Assembly: GCF_000015585.1 (NCBI RefSeq)
Contig: NC_008789.1
Span: 1,110,001 to 1,142,000, forward strand
Source of the DNA: Halorhodospira halophila SL1
GTDB lineage: Bacteria; Pseudomonadota; Gammaproteobacteria; Nitrococcales; Halorhodospiraceae
Reading direction: 5' to 3'
Length of the DNA stretch: 32,000 nt
Shown here: positions 6,889-15,585 of the stretch, piece by piece
Position numbering within the stretch: position 1 is the first letter of the stretch
How the letters are laid out: each line of letters opens with the position of its first letter
Translations under genes and position numbers: made by a program
Notes under the pieces: generated by a model
Told to the model about the DNA's origin: nothing
The model's database searches: none
What the model saw: only the letters and a program-made list of their open reading frames with translations

Positions 6889-8259
6889 CTACAACACCAG
6901 CCGGCGCAGGTCGCCGAGGACCTGGCTCAGGTAGTTGGTGAAGCGGGCAGCCATGGCGCCATCGATGACCCGGTGGTCGTAGGAGAGCGACAGCGGGAGC
7001 ATCAGCCGCGGCTGGAAGGTCTGCCCATCCCACACCGGCCGGGTCTGCGACCGGGAGACACCGAGGATGGCCACTTCCGGAGCGTTGACAATGGGCGTGA
7101 ACGCGGTACCGCCGATACCACCGAGGCTCGAGATGGAGAAGCAGCCGCCCTGCATGTCCGCCGGACCGAGCTTGCCGTCCCGGGCCTTGGCCGAGAGGGT
7201 GCCGAGGTCCTCGGCGATCTGCAGGACGCCTTTCTGGTCGGCGTCACGCAGCACCGGCACCACCAGCCCCTCCGGGGTGTCGACGGCGACGCCGATGTGG
7301 CAGTAGTGCTTGAGGATCAGCTCCTGCCCGTCCGCCGAAAGGCTGGCGTTAAAACGCGGATACTCCGCCAGGGCGGCGGCCGCCGCCCGGACCAGGAAGG
7401 CCAGCGGGGTCAGCTTCACCCCCCGCGCCTCGGCCTCCTTCTTGAGAGATTGGCGGAACGCCTCCATCTCGGTGATATCGGCCTCGTCGAACTGGGTCAC
7501 GTGCGGGACATTCAGCCAGCTCCGGTGCAGGTGCGGCCCCGAGAGGCGCTGGATACGGGTGAGCGGCACGCGCTCCACCTCGCCGAAGCGGCTGAAGTCC
7601 TGCTCCGGGATCGGCGGGATGCCGGCCCCTTCGGCAGCGGGGGCACCGGCGGCGCCAGCCGGCGGCGCCTCCTGGCCCTGCATCACCTGCTTGACGTAGG
7701 CCTCCACGTCCTCACGGCGGATGCGCCCCTTACGCCCGCTGCCCTGCACGCGGGAGAGATCGACCCCGAGCTCGCGGGCGTAGCGGCGTACCGAGGGGCT
7801 GGCGTGGGCGGCGCGATGGCCGTCGCGGTCGATCGCCGGCGACTCGTCGACACCTCCGGCTGCAGCGCCCCCGCCACTGCCCGCGGAGGCAGCCGGTTGC
7901 GCCGCGGCGGCGGGGGCCGCGGTCGCTGGCGCGCCGCCATCGGCCGACGGGGCCGTTTCCTCCGCCGGGCCACCCGCGGCGGCCGGGGCCTCGGCCTGCG
8001 TCGCCGGTTCCGCCGGCTCGGCGACAGGATCAACGGTGGCAACGACACTCCCCTCGGAGACGGTATCCCCCACGGCCACATGCACCGCTCGGATCTCGCC
8101 CCCGACCTCGGCCGGCACCTCCATGCTCGCCTTGTCGGACTCCAGTGTGATCAGCGACTGCTCGGCCTCGATCCGGTCGCCGGGCGCAACCAGGACCTCG
8201 ATGACCTCCACCTCCTCGAAGCCGCCGATATCCGGTACCTTGAGCTCCTGTTCCGCCAC
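6889..8259 (-). CDS. aceF: Dihydrolipoamide acetyltransferase (PDH E2) with a single lipoyl domain
   Basis: Track ORF 6889..8274 has a GTG start that overlaps aceE. GTG 8259 has GGGAGG 7 nt upstream and gives [13 protein letters not shown], exactly colinear with the LpdA N-terminus. One lipoyl domain ([11 protein letters not shown]), Ala/Pro linkers, E3-binding domain ([27 protein letters not shown]), catalytic [10 protein letters not shown]. Confidence 0.93.
   Translation of the reverse strand: [456 protein letters not shown]
8032..8259 (-). repeat. Lipoyl-domain coding repeat, copy in aceF (partner at 6561..6788)
   Basis: See 6561..6788. By my hand alignment, roughly three quarters of the 76 aligned residues are identical. 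Confidence 0.85.
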
Positions 8260-8261
8260 GG

Positions 8262-10937
8262 TCACACCTCCCACGGGTTCGGGGCATCCGCCGCCAGCTG
8301 GTACTTGCCGATGGCCTCGCTGACCTTCGCGGCCTCGATGGTGCCCTCATCGGCGAGGGCGTAGAGGGCCGCTGCGGCGATGTGGTGGCGGTCCACCTCA
8401 AAGAAGCGCCGGAGCTTCTCCCGGGTATCCGAGCGGCCAAAACCGTCGGTCCCCAGGGACCAGAACTTGCGCCCGATGTAGGGGCGGATCTGATCGGGGT
8501 AGGCGCGCATGTAGTCCGTGGCGGCGACCGCCGGACCGCTGTACCTCTCCAGGCACGCCTGCAGGTAGGACTGGCGGCGCTCCGCCTCCGGGTGGAGCCG
8601 ATTGGCCCGGGCGCAGACCATCCCGTCGCGGGCCAACTCGGTGAACGAGGGGCAGCTCCAGATGTCGGCGTGGACGCCGAAGTCGTTGGCGAGCAGATCC
8701 GCCGCCGCCAACACCTCGCGGAAGATGCTGCCCGAGCCCATCAGCTGCACCCGCGGCCCCTTCTTCTCGGGCCCGGCCCGGAAGAGGTACATGCCGCGGC
8801 GGATCCCCTCCTCGGCCCCCTCCGGCATCGCCGGGTGGGTGTGGTTCTCGTTGTAGACGGTCAGGTAGTAGAAGCAGTTCTCCTGCTCGGCGTACATCCG
8901 CCGCAGCCCGTCTTGGACGATCACCGCCAGCTCGTAGTCGAAGGCCGGGTCGTAGGAGACGCAGTTGGGGATGGTCGAGGCGAGGACGTGGCTGTGGCCG
9001 TCCTGGTGCTGCAGCCCCTCGCCGTTGAGGGTGGTCCTGCCAGCGGTGCCGCCGATGAGGAAGCCGCGGGCCTGGATATCCCCAGCCGCCCAGCACAGAT
9101 CCCCCACGCGCTGGAAGCCGAACATGGAGTAGAAGATGTAGAAGGGGATCATGTTGACGCCGTGGTTGGCGTAGGACGTGGCCGCGGCCATCCACGAGGA
9201 CATGGCCCCGGCCTCGTCGAGGCCTTCCTCGAGGATCTGCCCGGTCTGCGCCTCGCGGTAGGACATCAGCTGGTCGGCGTCTTCGGGCTCGTAGAGCTGG
9301 CCGACGTTGGAGTAGATGCCGAGCTGACGGAACAGCCCCTCCATGCCGAAGGTGCGCGCCTCGTCGGGGATGATGGGCACCACCCGCTGGCCGACCTGTT
9401 TGTCGCGGGTGAGTACCGTCAGGGCGCGCACGAAGGCCATGGTGGTGGAGAGTTCCCGCTCGCCGCTGTCTTTGAGCAGGGCGTCGAAGGCGGAGAGCTC
9501 CGGCACCTCGAGCGCCGGGGCCCGTTCGTAGCGCACCGGCATATAGCCGCCCAGGGCCTGGCGACGCTCGTGGAGATAGCGCATCTCCGGGGCGTCGTCG
9601 TCGGGCTTGTAGAAGGGCGTCTCCTTGAGCTGCTCGTCGGGGATGGGGATCTCGTAGTGATCCCGGAACCGGCGCAGGGCGTTCTCGCCCATCTTCTTCT
9701 GCTGGTGGGTGATGTTCTGCCCCTCGCCGGCCTCGCCCATGCCGTAGCCCTTGACCGTCTTGGCCAGGATCACGGTGGGCTGCCCGGTGTGGTTCACCGC
9801 GGCGTGGTAGGCGGCGTAGACCTTGTGCGGGTCGTGGCCACCGCGGTTGAGCCGGTAGATGTCGTAGTCCGACATGCCGGCGACCATCTTCTCCAGCTCT
9901 GGATCCTTGGCGAAGAAGTGCTTGCGCGTGTAATCGCCGCCGCGCGCCTTGAAGGCCTGGTACTCGCCGTCGACGGCCTCCTCCATGCGCTGCTGCAGGA
10001 GCCCCTCGTGGTCGAGCTCCAGCAGTGGGTCCCAGCGCGAGCCCCAGATCACCTTGATGACGTTCCAGCCGGCGCCGCGGAACTCGCCCTCGAGTTCCTG
10101 GATGATCTTGCCGTTGCCACGTACCGGACCGTCGAGACGCTGCAGGTTGCAGTTGACCACGAAGATCAGGTTGTCGAGCTGCTCGCGGGCGGCGAGGCCG
10201 ATGGAGCCCATGGACTCCGGCTCGTCCATCTCGCCATCACCCATGAAGCACCAGACCTTCCGACCGCTGGTGTCCTCAATCCCGCGGTGGTGGAGGTACT
10301 TCATCATGCGCGCCTGCTGCACCGCCTGGATGGGGCCGAGGCCCATGGAGACGGTGGGGAACTGCCAGAAGTCGGGCATCAGCCACGGGTGCGGGTAGGA
10401 GCTGACACCGTCGCCGTCGACATCCTGGCGGAAGCCCGCCAGTTGCTCGGCGCTGAGCCGGCCTTCGAGGTAGGCGCGGGCGTAGATGCCCGGTGCCGAG
10501 TGGCCCTGGAAGAAGACCAGATCGCCGTCCTGCTCCTCGTTGGGGGCCCGCCAGAAGTGGTTGAAGCCGACCTCGTAGAGCGTGCAGGCCGAGGCGTAGC
10601 TGGCGATGTGCCCACCGATGCCGTCGTGCTCACGGTTAGCGGCGACCACCATGGCGATGGCGTTCCAGCGCACCAGCGCCCGGATGCGCCACTCCAGGTG
10701 GTGATCGGTGTACTCCGGCGGACGGACCTCCAGGTGGCGGGGGATGGTGTTGATGTAGCCGGTCGTGGCCTTGAATGGTAGGTGCCCCAAGCGTCGGCGG
10801 CCCTTGCTGACCAGGTGCTCCAGGATCTGCTGTGCCCGCTCGGGGCCCTCGTGTTCGATCACCGCATCCAGGGCGTCGAGCCACTCCTGGATCTCCTCCG
10901 GATCCGGATCGTCGCGCAACTCGGGTATCGATTGCAT
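8262..10937 (-). CDS. aceE: Pyruvate dehydrogenase E1 component, homodimeric type
   Basis: Track ORF, 891 aa, ATG with a CAGGAGG RBS. Blocks GGHIASYASACTLYEVGFNHFW, FMGDGEMDEPES and GEGLQHQDGHSH are typical of AceE. Confidence 0.96.
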   Translation of the reverse strand: MQSIPELRDDPDPEEIQEWLDALDAVIEHEGPERAQQILEHLVSKGRRRLGHLPFKATTGYINTIPRHLEVRPPEYTDHHLEWRIRALVRWNAIAMVVAANREHDGIGGHIASYASACTLYEVGFNHFWRAPNEEQDGDLVFFQGHSAPGIYARAYLEGRLSAEQLAGFRQDVDGDGVSSYPHPWLMPDFWQFPTVSMGLGPIQAVQQARMMKYLHHRGIEDTSGRKVWCFMGDGEMDEPESMGSIGLAAREQLDNLIFVVNCNLQRLDGPVRGNGKIIQELEGEFRGAGWNVIKVIWGSRWDPLLELDHEGLLQQRMEEAVDGEYQAFKARGGDYTRKHFFAKDPELEKMVAGMSDYDIYRLNRGGHDPHKVYAAYHAAVNHTGQPTVILAKTVKGYGMGEAGEGQNITHQQKKMGENALRRFRDHYEIPIPDEQLKETPFYKPDDDAPEMRYLHERRQALGGYMPVRYERAPALEVPELSAFDALLKDSGERELSTTMAFVRALTVLTRDKQVGQRVVPIIPDEARTFGMEGLFRQLGIYSNVGQLYEPEDADQLMSYREAQTGQILEEGLDEAGAMSSWMAAATSYANHGVNMIPFYIFYSMFGFQRVGDLCWAAGDIQARGFLIGGTAGRTTLNGEGLQHQDGHSHVLASTIPNCVSYDPAFDYELAVIVQDGLRRMYAEQENCFYYLTVYNENHTHPAMPEGAEEGIRRGMYLFRAGPEKKGPRVQLMGSGSIFREVLAAADLLANDFGVHADIWSCPSFTELARDGMVCARANRLHPEAERRQSYLQACLERYSGPAVAATDYMRAYPDQIRPYIGRKFWSLGTDGFGRSDTREKLRRFFEVDRHHIAAAALYALADEGTIEAAKVSEAIGKYQLAADAPNPWEV

Positions 10938-10961
10938 GGTCTACCTCCTGGTTAAGAGTCG

Positions 10962-11027
10962 CCGGGGCCCACGGGGCGCGACACGGCGGGTGGCCAGGCC
11001 GCACCCGGCGGCCTTGTGGGCCCCCGG
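10962..11027 (-). other. Two-tier GC hairpin immediately upstream of the aceE RBS (intercistronic or leader RNA structure)
   Basis: Outer stem 10964..10972 (ggggcccac) pairs with 11016..11024 (gtgggcccc), and extends 2 bp after a 1-nt bulge. Inner stem cgggtg (10987..10992) pairs with cacccg (11002..11007). The structure ends 24 nt before the aceE ATG. Confidence 0.4.
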
Positions 11028-11074
11028 GCATTCCCCGCAGACGGGCGAGCATTGTTGTTCTTATCGCCTATGCC

Positions 11075-11716
11075 CTACCCCTCCCTGCCCGGGTCGTGTG
11101 CCGAGTCCTCGAGCAGTTCGTCGAGGGAGGCGCTCTTGCGGGTCGACATGCCCGCGGTCACCGCAAACCGCATGGCGTCCTCGACACTCATGTCCACCGG
11201 CTCGACCACGGAGGCCGGCGCCAGCAGCGTGTAGCCACCCACCTGATAGCTCATCGGGGTGTAAACGGCGATGGTGTGCTCGTCGCCCAGCCCCTCGGCC
11301 ACGCCTTCCCACTGTCTGCGGGTGACCACGCCGAGGACCCGGTAGTCGCTGCCGGGCAGCGGCACCGTGACCACCTGGTCACCCAACTCTTCGGCACGGG
11401 AGACGAACCCGGTGAGATCCTGCACGGCGCCGTAGATGGTCTTGACCACCGGGAGCTGCAGGAGGATCTGTTCGAACCACTCCCACAGGCGGCGCAGGAG
11501 ATAGAAATTGAGCAGCACGCCGATGGCGAAGATGCCGGCCACCGCCAGGGCGACACCCAGGCCGGGGTGGTACCAGGTCTCGGGGATGACAAGCTGGACG
11601 ATGCTGCCGAGCGCCCGCTCGGCGGTGATGATCAGCCAGTAGAGAAGATAAAGGGTGACGACTGCCGGCAGGACGGCCAGCAGCCCCTTGAGGAATATCC
11701 CGCCAATCCTGCGCAT
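11075..11716 (-). CDS. DUF502-family integral membrane protein
   Basis: Track ORF, 213 aa. MRRIGGIFLKGLLAVLPAVVTLYLLYWLI...LPVVKTIYGAVQDL...PMSYQVGGYTLL: two to three N-terminal TM helices and the conserved DUF502 core. GGAGGA RBS. Confidence 0.8.
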   Translation of the reverse strand: MRRIGGIFLKGLLAVLPAVVTLYLLYWLIITAERALGSIVQLVIPETWYHPGLGVALAVAGIFAIGVLLNFYLLRRLWEWFEQILLQLPVVKTIYGAVQDLTGFVSRAEELGDQVVTVPLPGSDYRVLGVVTRRQWEGVAEGLGDEHTIAVYTPMSYQVGGYTLLAPASVVEPVDMSVEDAMRFAVTAGMSTRKSASLDELLEDSAHDPGREG

Positions 11717-11737
11717 GATGATCCTCCCCGCCCACCC

Positions 11738-11761
11738 GCCGGGGCGCGAGGGCGCCCCGGC
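11738..11761 (-). other. GC hairpin in the fba-DUF502 spacer (9-bp stem gccggggcg/cgccccggc)
   Basis: Read directly. It is followed on the transcribed strand by the DUF502 RBS rather than a U-tract. Confidence 0.35.
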
Positions 11762-11785
11762 CAGGCACTGGGGACCGCTCCGGGC

Positions 11786-12850
11786 TCAGCTCACCTTGGG
11801 GGCGAGCTCGCCGGACTCGTAGCGCTCGACCATGGTCTCCAGCGCGATCGGCTTGATCTTGGAGGCCATGCCCGCCGAACCGAAGGCCTCGTAGCGGGCC
11901 TTGCAGATCTCCTTCATGGCCTCGGTGGAGGCCTTCAGGAACTTACGCGGGTCGAAGTTCGACGGGTTCTCGGCCAGGTGCTTGCGCACCGCACCGGTGG
12001 AGGCCAGGCGCAGGTCCGTGTCGATGTTGACCTTACGCACGCCGTTGCGGATGCCCTCCTGGACCTCCTCGACCGGCACGCCGTAGGTCTCGGGGATCTC
12101 GCCGCCGAAGCGGTTGATCAGCTCCAGCCACTCCTGCGGCACCTGGGAGCTGCCGTGCATCACCAGGTGGGTGTCCGGCAGACGCTGGTGGATCTCCTTG
12201 ATCCGGCTGATGGCCAGGATGTCGCCCGTCGGCGGGCGGGTGAACTTGTAGGCACCGTGGCTGGTGCCGCAGGCGATGGCGAGGGCGTCGACGTGGGTAT
12301 CGCGGACGAACTGGGCCGCCTCCTCGGGATCGGTGAGGAGCTTGTCCTTGTCCATCTTGCCCTCAGCGCCGACGCCGTCCTCCTTGCCGGCCTCACCCGT
12401 CTCTAGGGAGCCGAGCACACCGATCTCGCCCTCGACGGAGACACCGCCGGCGTGGGCCATCTCGGCGGCGCGCCGGGTCACGCTGGCGTTGTAGTCGTAG
12501 TCGGCCGGGGTCTTGCCGTCTTCCTTCAGGGAGCCGTCCATCATCACCGAGGTGAACCCGGACTGGATGGCGCGCATGCAGGCACCGGGATTGGCACCGT
12601 GGTCGAGGTGGACCACCAGCGGCACGTCCGGGTAGGACTCCACGGCGGCCTCCATCAGGTGCCGATAGAAGGGGACACCGGCATACTTGCGGGCACCGGC
12701 GGACGCCTGGACGATGGCCGGGCTGTCGCACTCCTTGGCCGCCTCCATGATGGCGTGCAACTGCTCCATGTTGTTGGCGTTGAACGCCGGCATGCCGTAG
12801 CCGTGCTCGGCTGCGTGATCGAGCAGCTGTCGCAGGGTGATCATCGCCAT
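11786..12850 (-). CDS. cbbA: Fructose/sedoheptulose-bisphosphate aldolase, class II, Calvin-cycle subtype
   Basis: Track ORF, 354 aa. [61 protein letters not shown]. Confidence 0.95.
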   Translation of the reverse strand: MAMITLRQLLDHAAEHGYGMPAFNANNMEQLHAIMEAAKECDSPAIVQASAGARKYAGVPFYRHLMEAAVESYPDVPLVVHLDHGANPGACMRAIQSGFTSVMMDGSLKEDGKTPADYDYNASVTRRAAEMAHAGGVSVEGEIGVLGSLETGEAGKEDGVGAEGKMDKDKLLTDPEEAAQFVRDTHVDALAIACGTSHGAYKFTRPPTGDILAISRIKEIHQRLPDTHLVMHGSSQVPQEWLELINRFGGEIPETYGVPVEEVQEGIRNGVRKVNIDTDLRLASTGAVRKHLAENPSNFDPRKFLKASTEAMKEICKARYEAFGSAGMASKIKPIALETMVERYESGELAPKVS

Positions 12851-12883
12851 AGTTTCGACTCCTCCGCTATCTATGCATTCACT

Positions 12884-14320
12884 CTAGAGATAATCGTCCA
12901 CGCAGACGATGCGCAACGTGTTCGTGCCCCCTGCGGCGCCGAGCTCCTCGCCGTGGGTCACCAGGACGTAGTCCCCCTGGCTGACCAGCCCTTGCTTGGA
13001 GAGACGGGCCAGCAGCCGACTCTTGAGGGCGTTGAGGTCCTCCTGCTCGGCATCGAACTCCAGCGGGTAGACGCCACGGTAGAGGGTGACCCGGCCCCGG
13101 GTCTCCGGGTGGCGGGTGAGGACGTAGATCGGCAGCCCGGAGCTGATCCGCGACATCCACGAGGCCGTCCCTCCGGACTCGGTGATGGCGATCAGCGCCT
13201 TGATGGCGAAGTGGTTGGCGGCGTACATCGCCGCCATGGCCACCGTCTCGTCGACCTGCGTGAAGTGCTCGTCCAGCCGGTGGTGGGAGACCGTCACCGT
13301 ACGGCTGCGCTCGGCGGCCCGGCAGACGCGGTCCATGGCGGCCACGGTCTCGGCCGGGAACGAGCCGGTGGCGGTCTCTGCCGAGAGCATCACGGCGTCG
13401 GTGCCATCCCGCACGGCGTTGGCAACGTCGAAGACCTCGGCCCGGGTGGGGATGGGATTGTCGATCATCGACTCCATCATCTGGGTCGCCGTGATGGCGA
13501 CCCGGTTCCGGGCCCGGGCGGTCTGGATGAGCTGCTTCTGAACCTCGGGCAGGGCGGCGTCGCCGATCTCCACGCCGAGATCGCCGCGGGCGACCATGAT
13601 GGCGTCGGCGGCATCCATGATCTCCTCGGCGGCGTCCAGGGCCTCGGCCCGCTCGATCTTGGCCACGATCCCGGACCGCCCACCGGCCTCGGTCAGCAGC
13701 CGGCGGGCCTCGTGGATATCGTCCGCACACCGCGGGAACGACACCGCCACGTAGTCGGCGGCCAGTTCGGCGGCGGTGACGATGTCGACCCGGTCCTTGT
13801 CGGTGAGCGCCGGCGCCGAAAGCCCGCCACCGCGGCGGTTGATGCCCTTGCGATCGCTGAGTTCACCGCCGACCTGCACGCTGGTGTGCACCGCGGTCCC
13901 CTCGATGCGTTCGACCCGCACCACCAGGCGGCCGTCGTCGAGCAGCAGCTCGTCGCCGGGGTGCAGGTCGTCGGGCAGGGCCCGGTAGGCGACCCCGACC
14001 TGCGTCTGGTCCCCGGCATCGGGATCCACGGTAGGATCGAGGATGAAGGGGTCCCCGCGGCGCAGGAGGACCGGGCCATTGCGAAAGCGCTCAATCCGGA
14101 TCTTCGGCCCCTGCAGGTCCACCAGCACGCCCACCCGCCGGCCGTGGGCTTCGCCCCAGGTCCGGACGGCCTCGACCCGCCGGCGGTGGTCGCTGGCCTC
14201 GCCGTGGGAGAGGTTGATGCGGACCACATCCACCCCGGCGGCGAGGACCGCCTCCAGCCCTTCGGGGCGATCCGTCGCCGGCCCGAGGGTCGCCAGGATC
14301 TTGGTTCTGCGGGGCATCAT
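12884..14320 (-). CDS. pyk: Pyruvate kinase
   Basis: Track ORF 12884..14356 would overlap the pgk stop. ATG 14320 (MMPRRTKILATLGPAT) has GGGAG 8 nt upstream. Motifs MVARGDLGVE and ATQMMESM. Confidence 0.94.
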   Translation of the reverse strand: MMPRRTKILATLGPATDRPEGLEAVLAAGVDVVRINLSHGEASDHRRRVEAVRTWGEAHGRRVGVLVDLQGPKIRIERFRNGPVLLRRGDPFILDPTVDPDAGDQTQVGVAYRALPDDLHPGDELLLDDGRLVVRVERIEGTAVHTSVQVGGELSDRKGINRRGGGLSAPALTDKDRVDIVTAAELAADYVAVSFPRCADDIHEARRLLTEAGGRSGIVAKIERAEALDAAEEIMDAADAIMVARGDLGVEIGDAALPEVQKQLIQTARARNRVAITATQMMESMIDNPIPTRAEVFDVANAVRDGTDAVMLSAETATGSFPAETVAAMDRVCRAAERSRTVTVSHHRLDEHFTQVDETVAMAAMYAANHFAIKALIAITESGGTASWMSRISSGLPIYVLTRHPETRGRVTLYRGVYPLEFDAEQEDLNALKSRLLARLSKQGLVSQGDYVLVTHGEELGAAGGTNTLRIVCVDDYL

Positions 14321-14352
14321 GCCACCGGCTCCCTGCCTGATTACCGCGTCGA

Positions 14353-15537
14353 TCACGAGTGCGCTGCCGCGTGCTGCTCCAGGGCCGCAACGCCGGGCAG
14401 AACGCGCCCCTCGAGGAACTCCAGGAAGGCGCCACCGCCGGTGGAGATGTACGAGACCTGGTCGGTGATGCCGAACTGCTCCACCGCGGCCAGCGTGTCC
14501 CCGCCACCAGCAATGGAGAAACCGTCACTGGCGGCAATGGCCTCGGCCAGCGCCCGGGTGCCGCCGGCAAAGGGCGCCATCTCGAAGACCCCCACCGGCC
14601 CGTTCCAGACCACCGTACCGGCGTTGCGCAACATGCCGTCGTAGCGGGCCCGGGTCTGCGGCCCAACGTCGAGGATCATCTCGTCGTCGGGCACGGCGTC
14701 CACCGGATGGACGTGGGCCTCGGCGTCCGCCGAGAAATCCCTGGCCGTGACCACGTCCTCGGGGATCGGGATCTCGCCGCCCTTGGCCCGCGCCTCTTCC
14801 ATCAGACGCTTGGCGGTGTCGACGAAGTCGGCCTCGTAGAGGGACTTGCCCACAGAGTAGCCCGCCGCGGCGATGAAGGTGTTCGCAATCCCGCCGCCGA
14901 CGATGAGCTGATCGACTTTGTGGGTGAGCGCCTCCAGGACCTGGACCTTGCCGGAGACCTTGGAACCGCCAACGATGGCGATCATCGGCCGGGCCGGGTT
15001 ATCCAGAGCCTTGCCCAAGGCCTCCAGCTCGGCACTGAGCAGCGGGCCTGCACAGGCCTCGGGGGCGAAGCGGGCCACACCGTGGGTGGAGGCCTGGGCC
15101 CGGTGCGCAGTGCCGAAGGCGTCCATGACGAAGACGTCACAGAGCGCTGCCATACGCCGGGACAGGGCCTCGTCGTCCTTGGTCTCGCCGGGCTGGAAAC
15201 GCACGTTCTCCGCCAGCGCGACCCCGCCCTCGGGGACATCCACGCCCTCCAGCCAGTCACGCACCACCGGCACCTCACAGCCGAGAATCTCGCCCAGGCG
15301 GCGGGCCACCGGGGCCATCGAGGCCTCGGCGTCGTACTCGCCCTCTTTGGGCCGCCCCAGGTGGGACATCACCAGCACCCGGCCACCGGCCTGCATGGCC
15401 TGGCGGATGCTCTCGGCGGCAGCGCGCACGCGGGTGTCGTCGGCAACCTGGCCGTCCTTGATCGGCACGTTCAGATCCTCGCGGATGAGCACCCGCTTGC
15501 CCGTCAGGTCCAGATCGGTCATGCGCTTCGCTTTCAC
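14353..15537 (-). CDS. pgk: Phosphoglycerate kinase
   Basis: Track ORF 14353..15543 starts at a GTG only 1-2 nt after AGGAG. GTG 15537 ([25 protein letters not shown]) has 7-nt spacing. The start is uncertain by a few codons (ATG 15522 is also possible). Motifs [11 protein letters not shown] and IAGGGDT. Confidence 0.94.
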   Translation of the reverse strand: MKAKRMTDLDLTGKRVLIREDLNVPIKDGQVADDTRVRAAAESIRQAMQAGGRVLVMSHLGRPKEGEYDAEASMAPVARRLGEILGCEVPVVRDWLEGVDVPEGGVALAENVRFQPGETKDDEALSRRMAALCDVFVMDAFGTAHRAQASTHGVARFAPEACAGPLLSAELEALGKALDNPARPMIAIVGGSKVSGKVQVLEALTHKVDQLIVGGGIANTFIAAAGYSVGKSLYEADFVDTAKRLMEEARAKGGEIPIPEDVVTARDFSADAEAHVHPVDAVPDDEMILDVGPQTRARYDGMLRNAGTVVWNGPVGVFEMAPFAGGTRALAEAIAASDGFSIAGGGDTLAAVEQFGITDQVSYISTGGGAFLEFLEGRVLPGVAALEQHAAAHS

Positions 15538-15585
15538 GGCCACTCTCCTCTCGTCGATTCTTGTTCTGCGCTCGGGCCGGCGCCC

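Noticed and set aside
10636-11052. 138-aa minus-strand ORF, and 10765..11325 on the plus strand, covering the aceE upstream spacer.
   Set aside because: They overlap the aceE 5' end or the DUF502 3' end out of frame. They are Arg/Pro/Gly-rich and have no RBS. The spacer is better explained by the nested hairpin.
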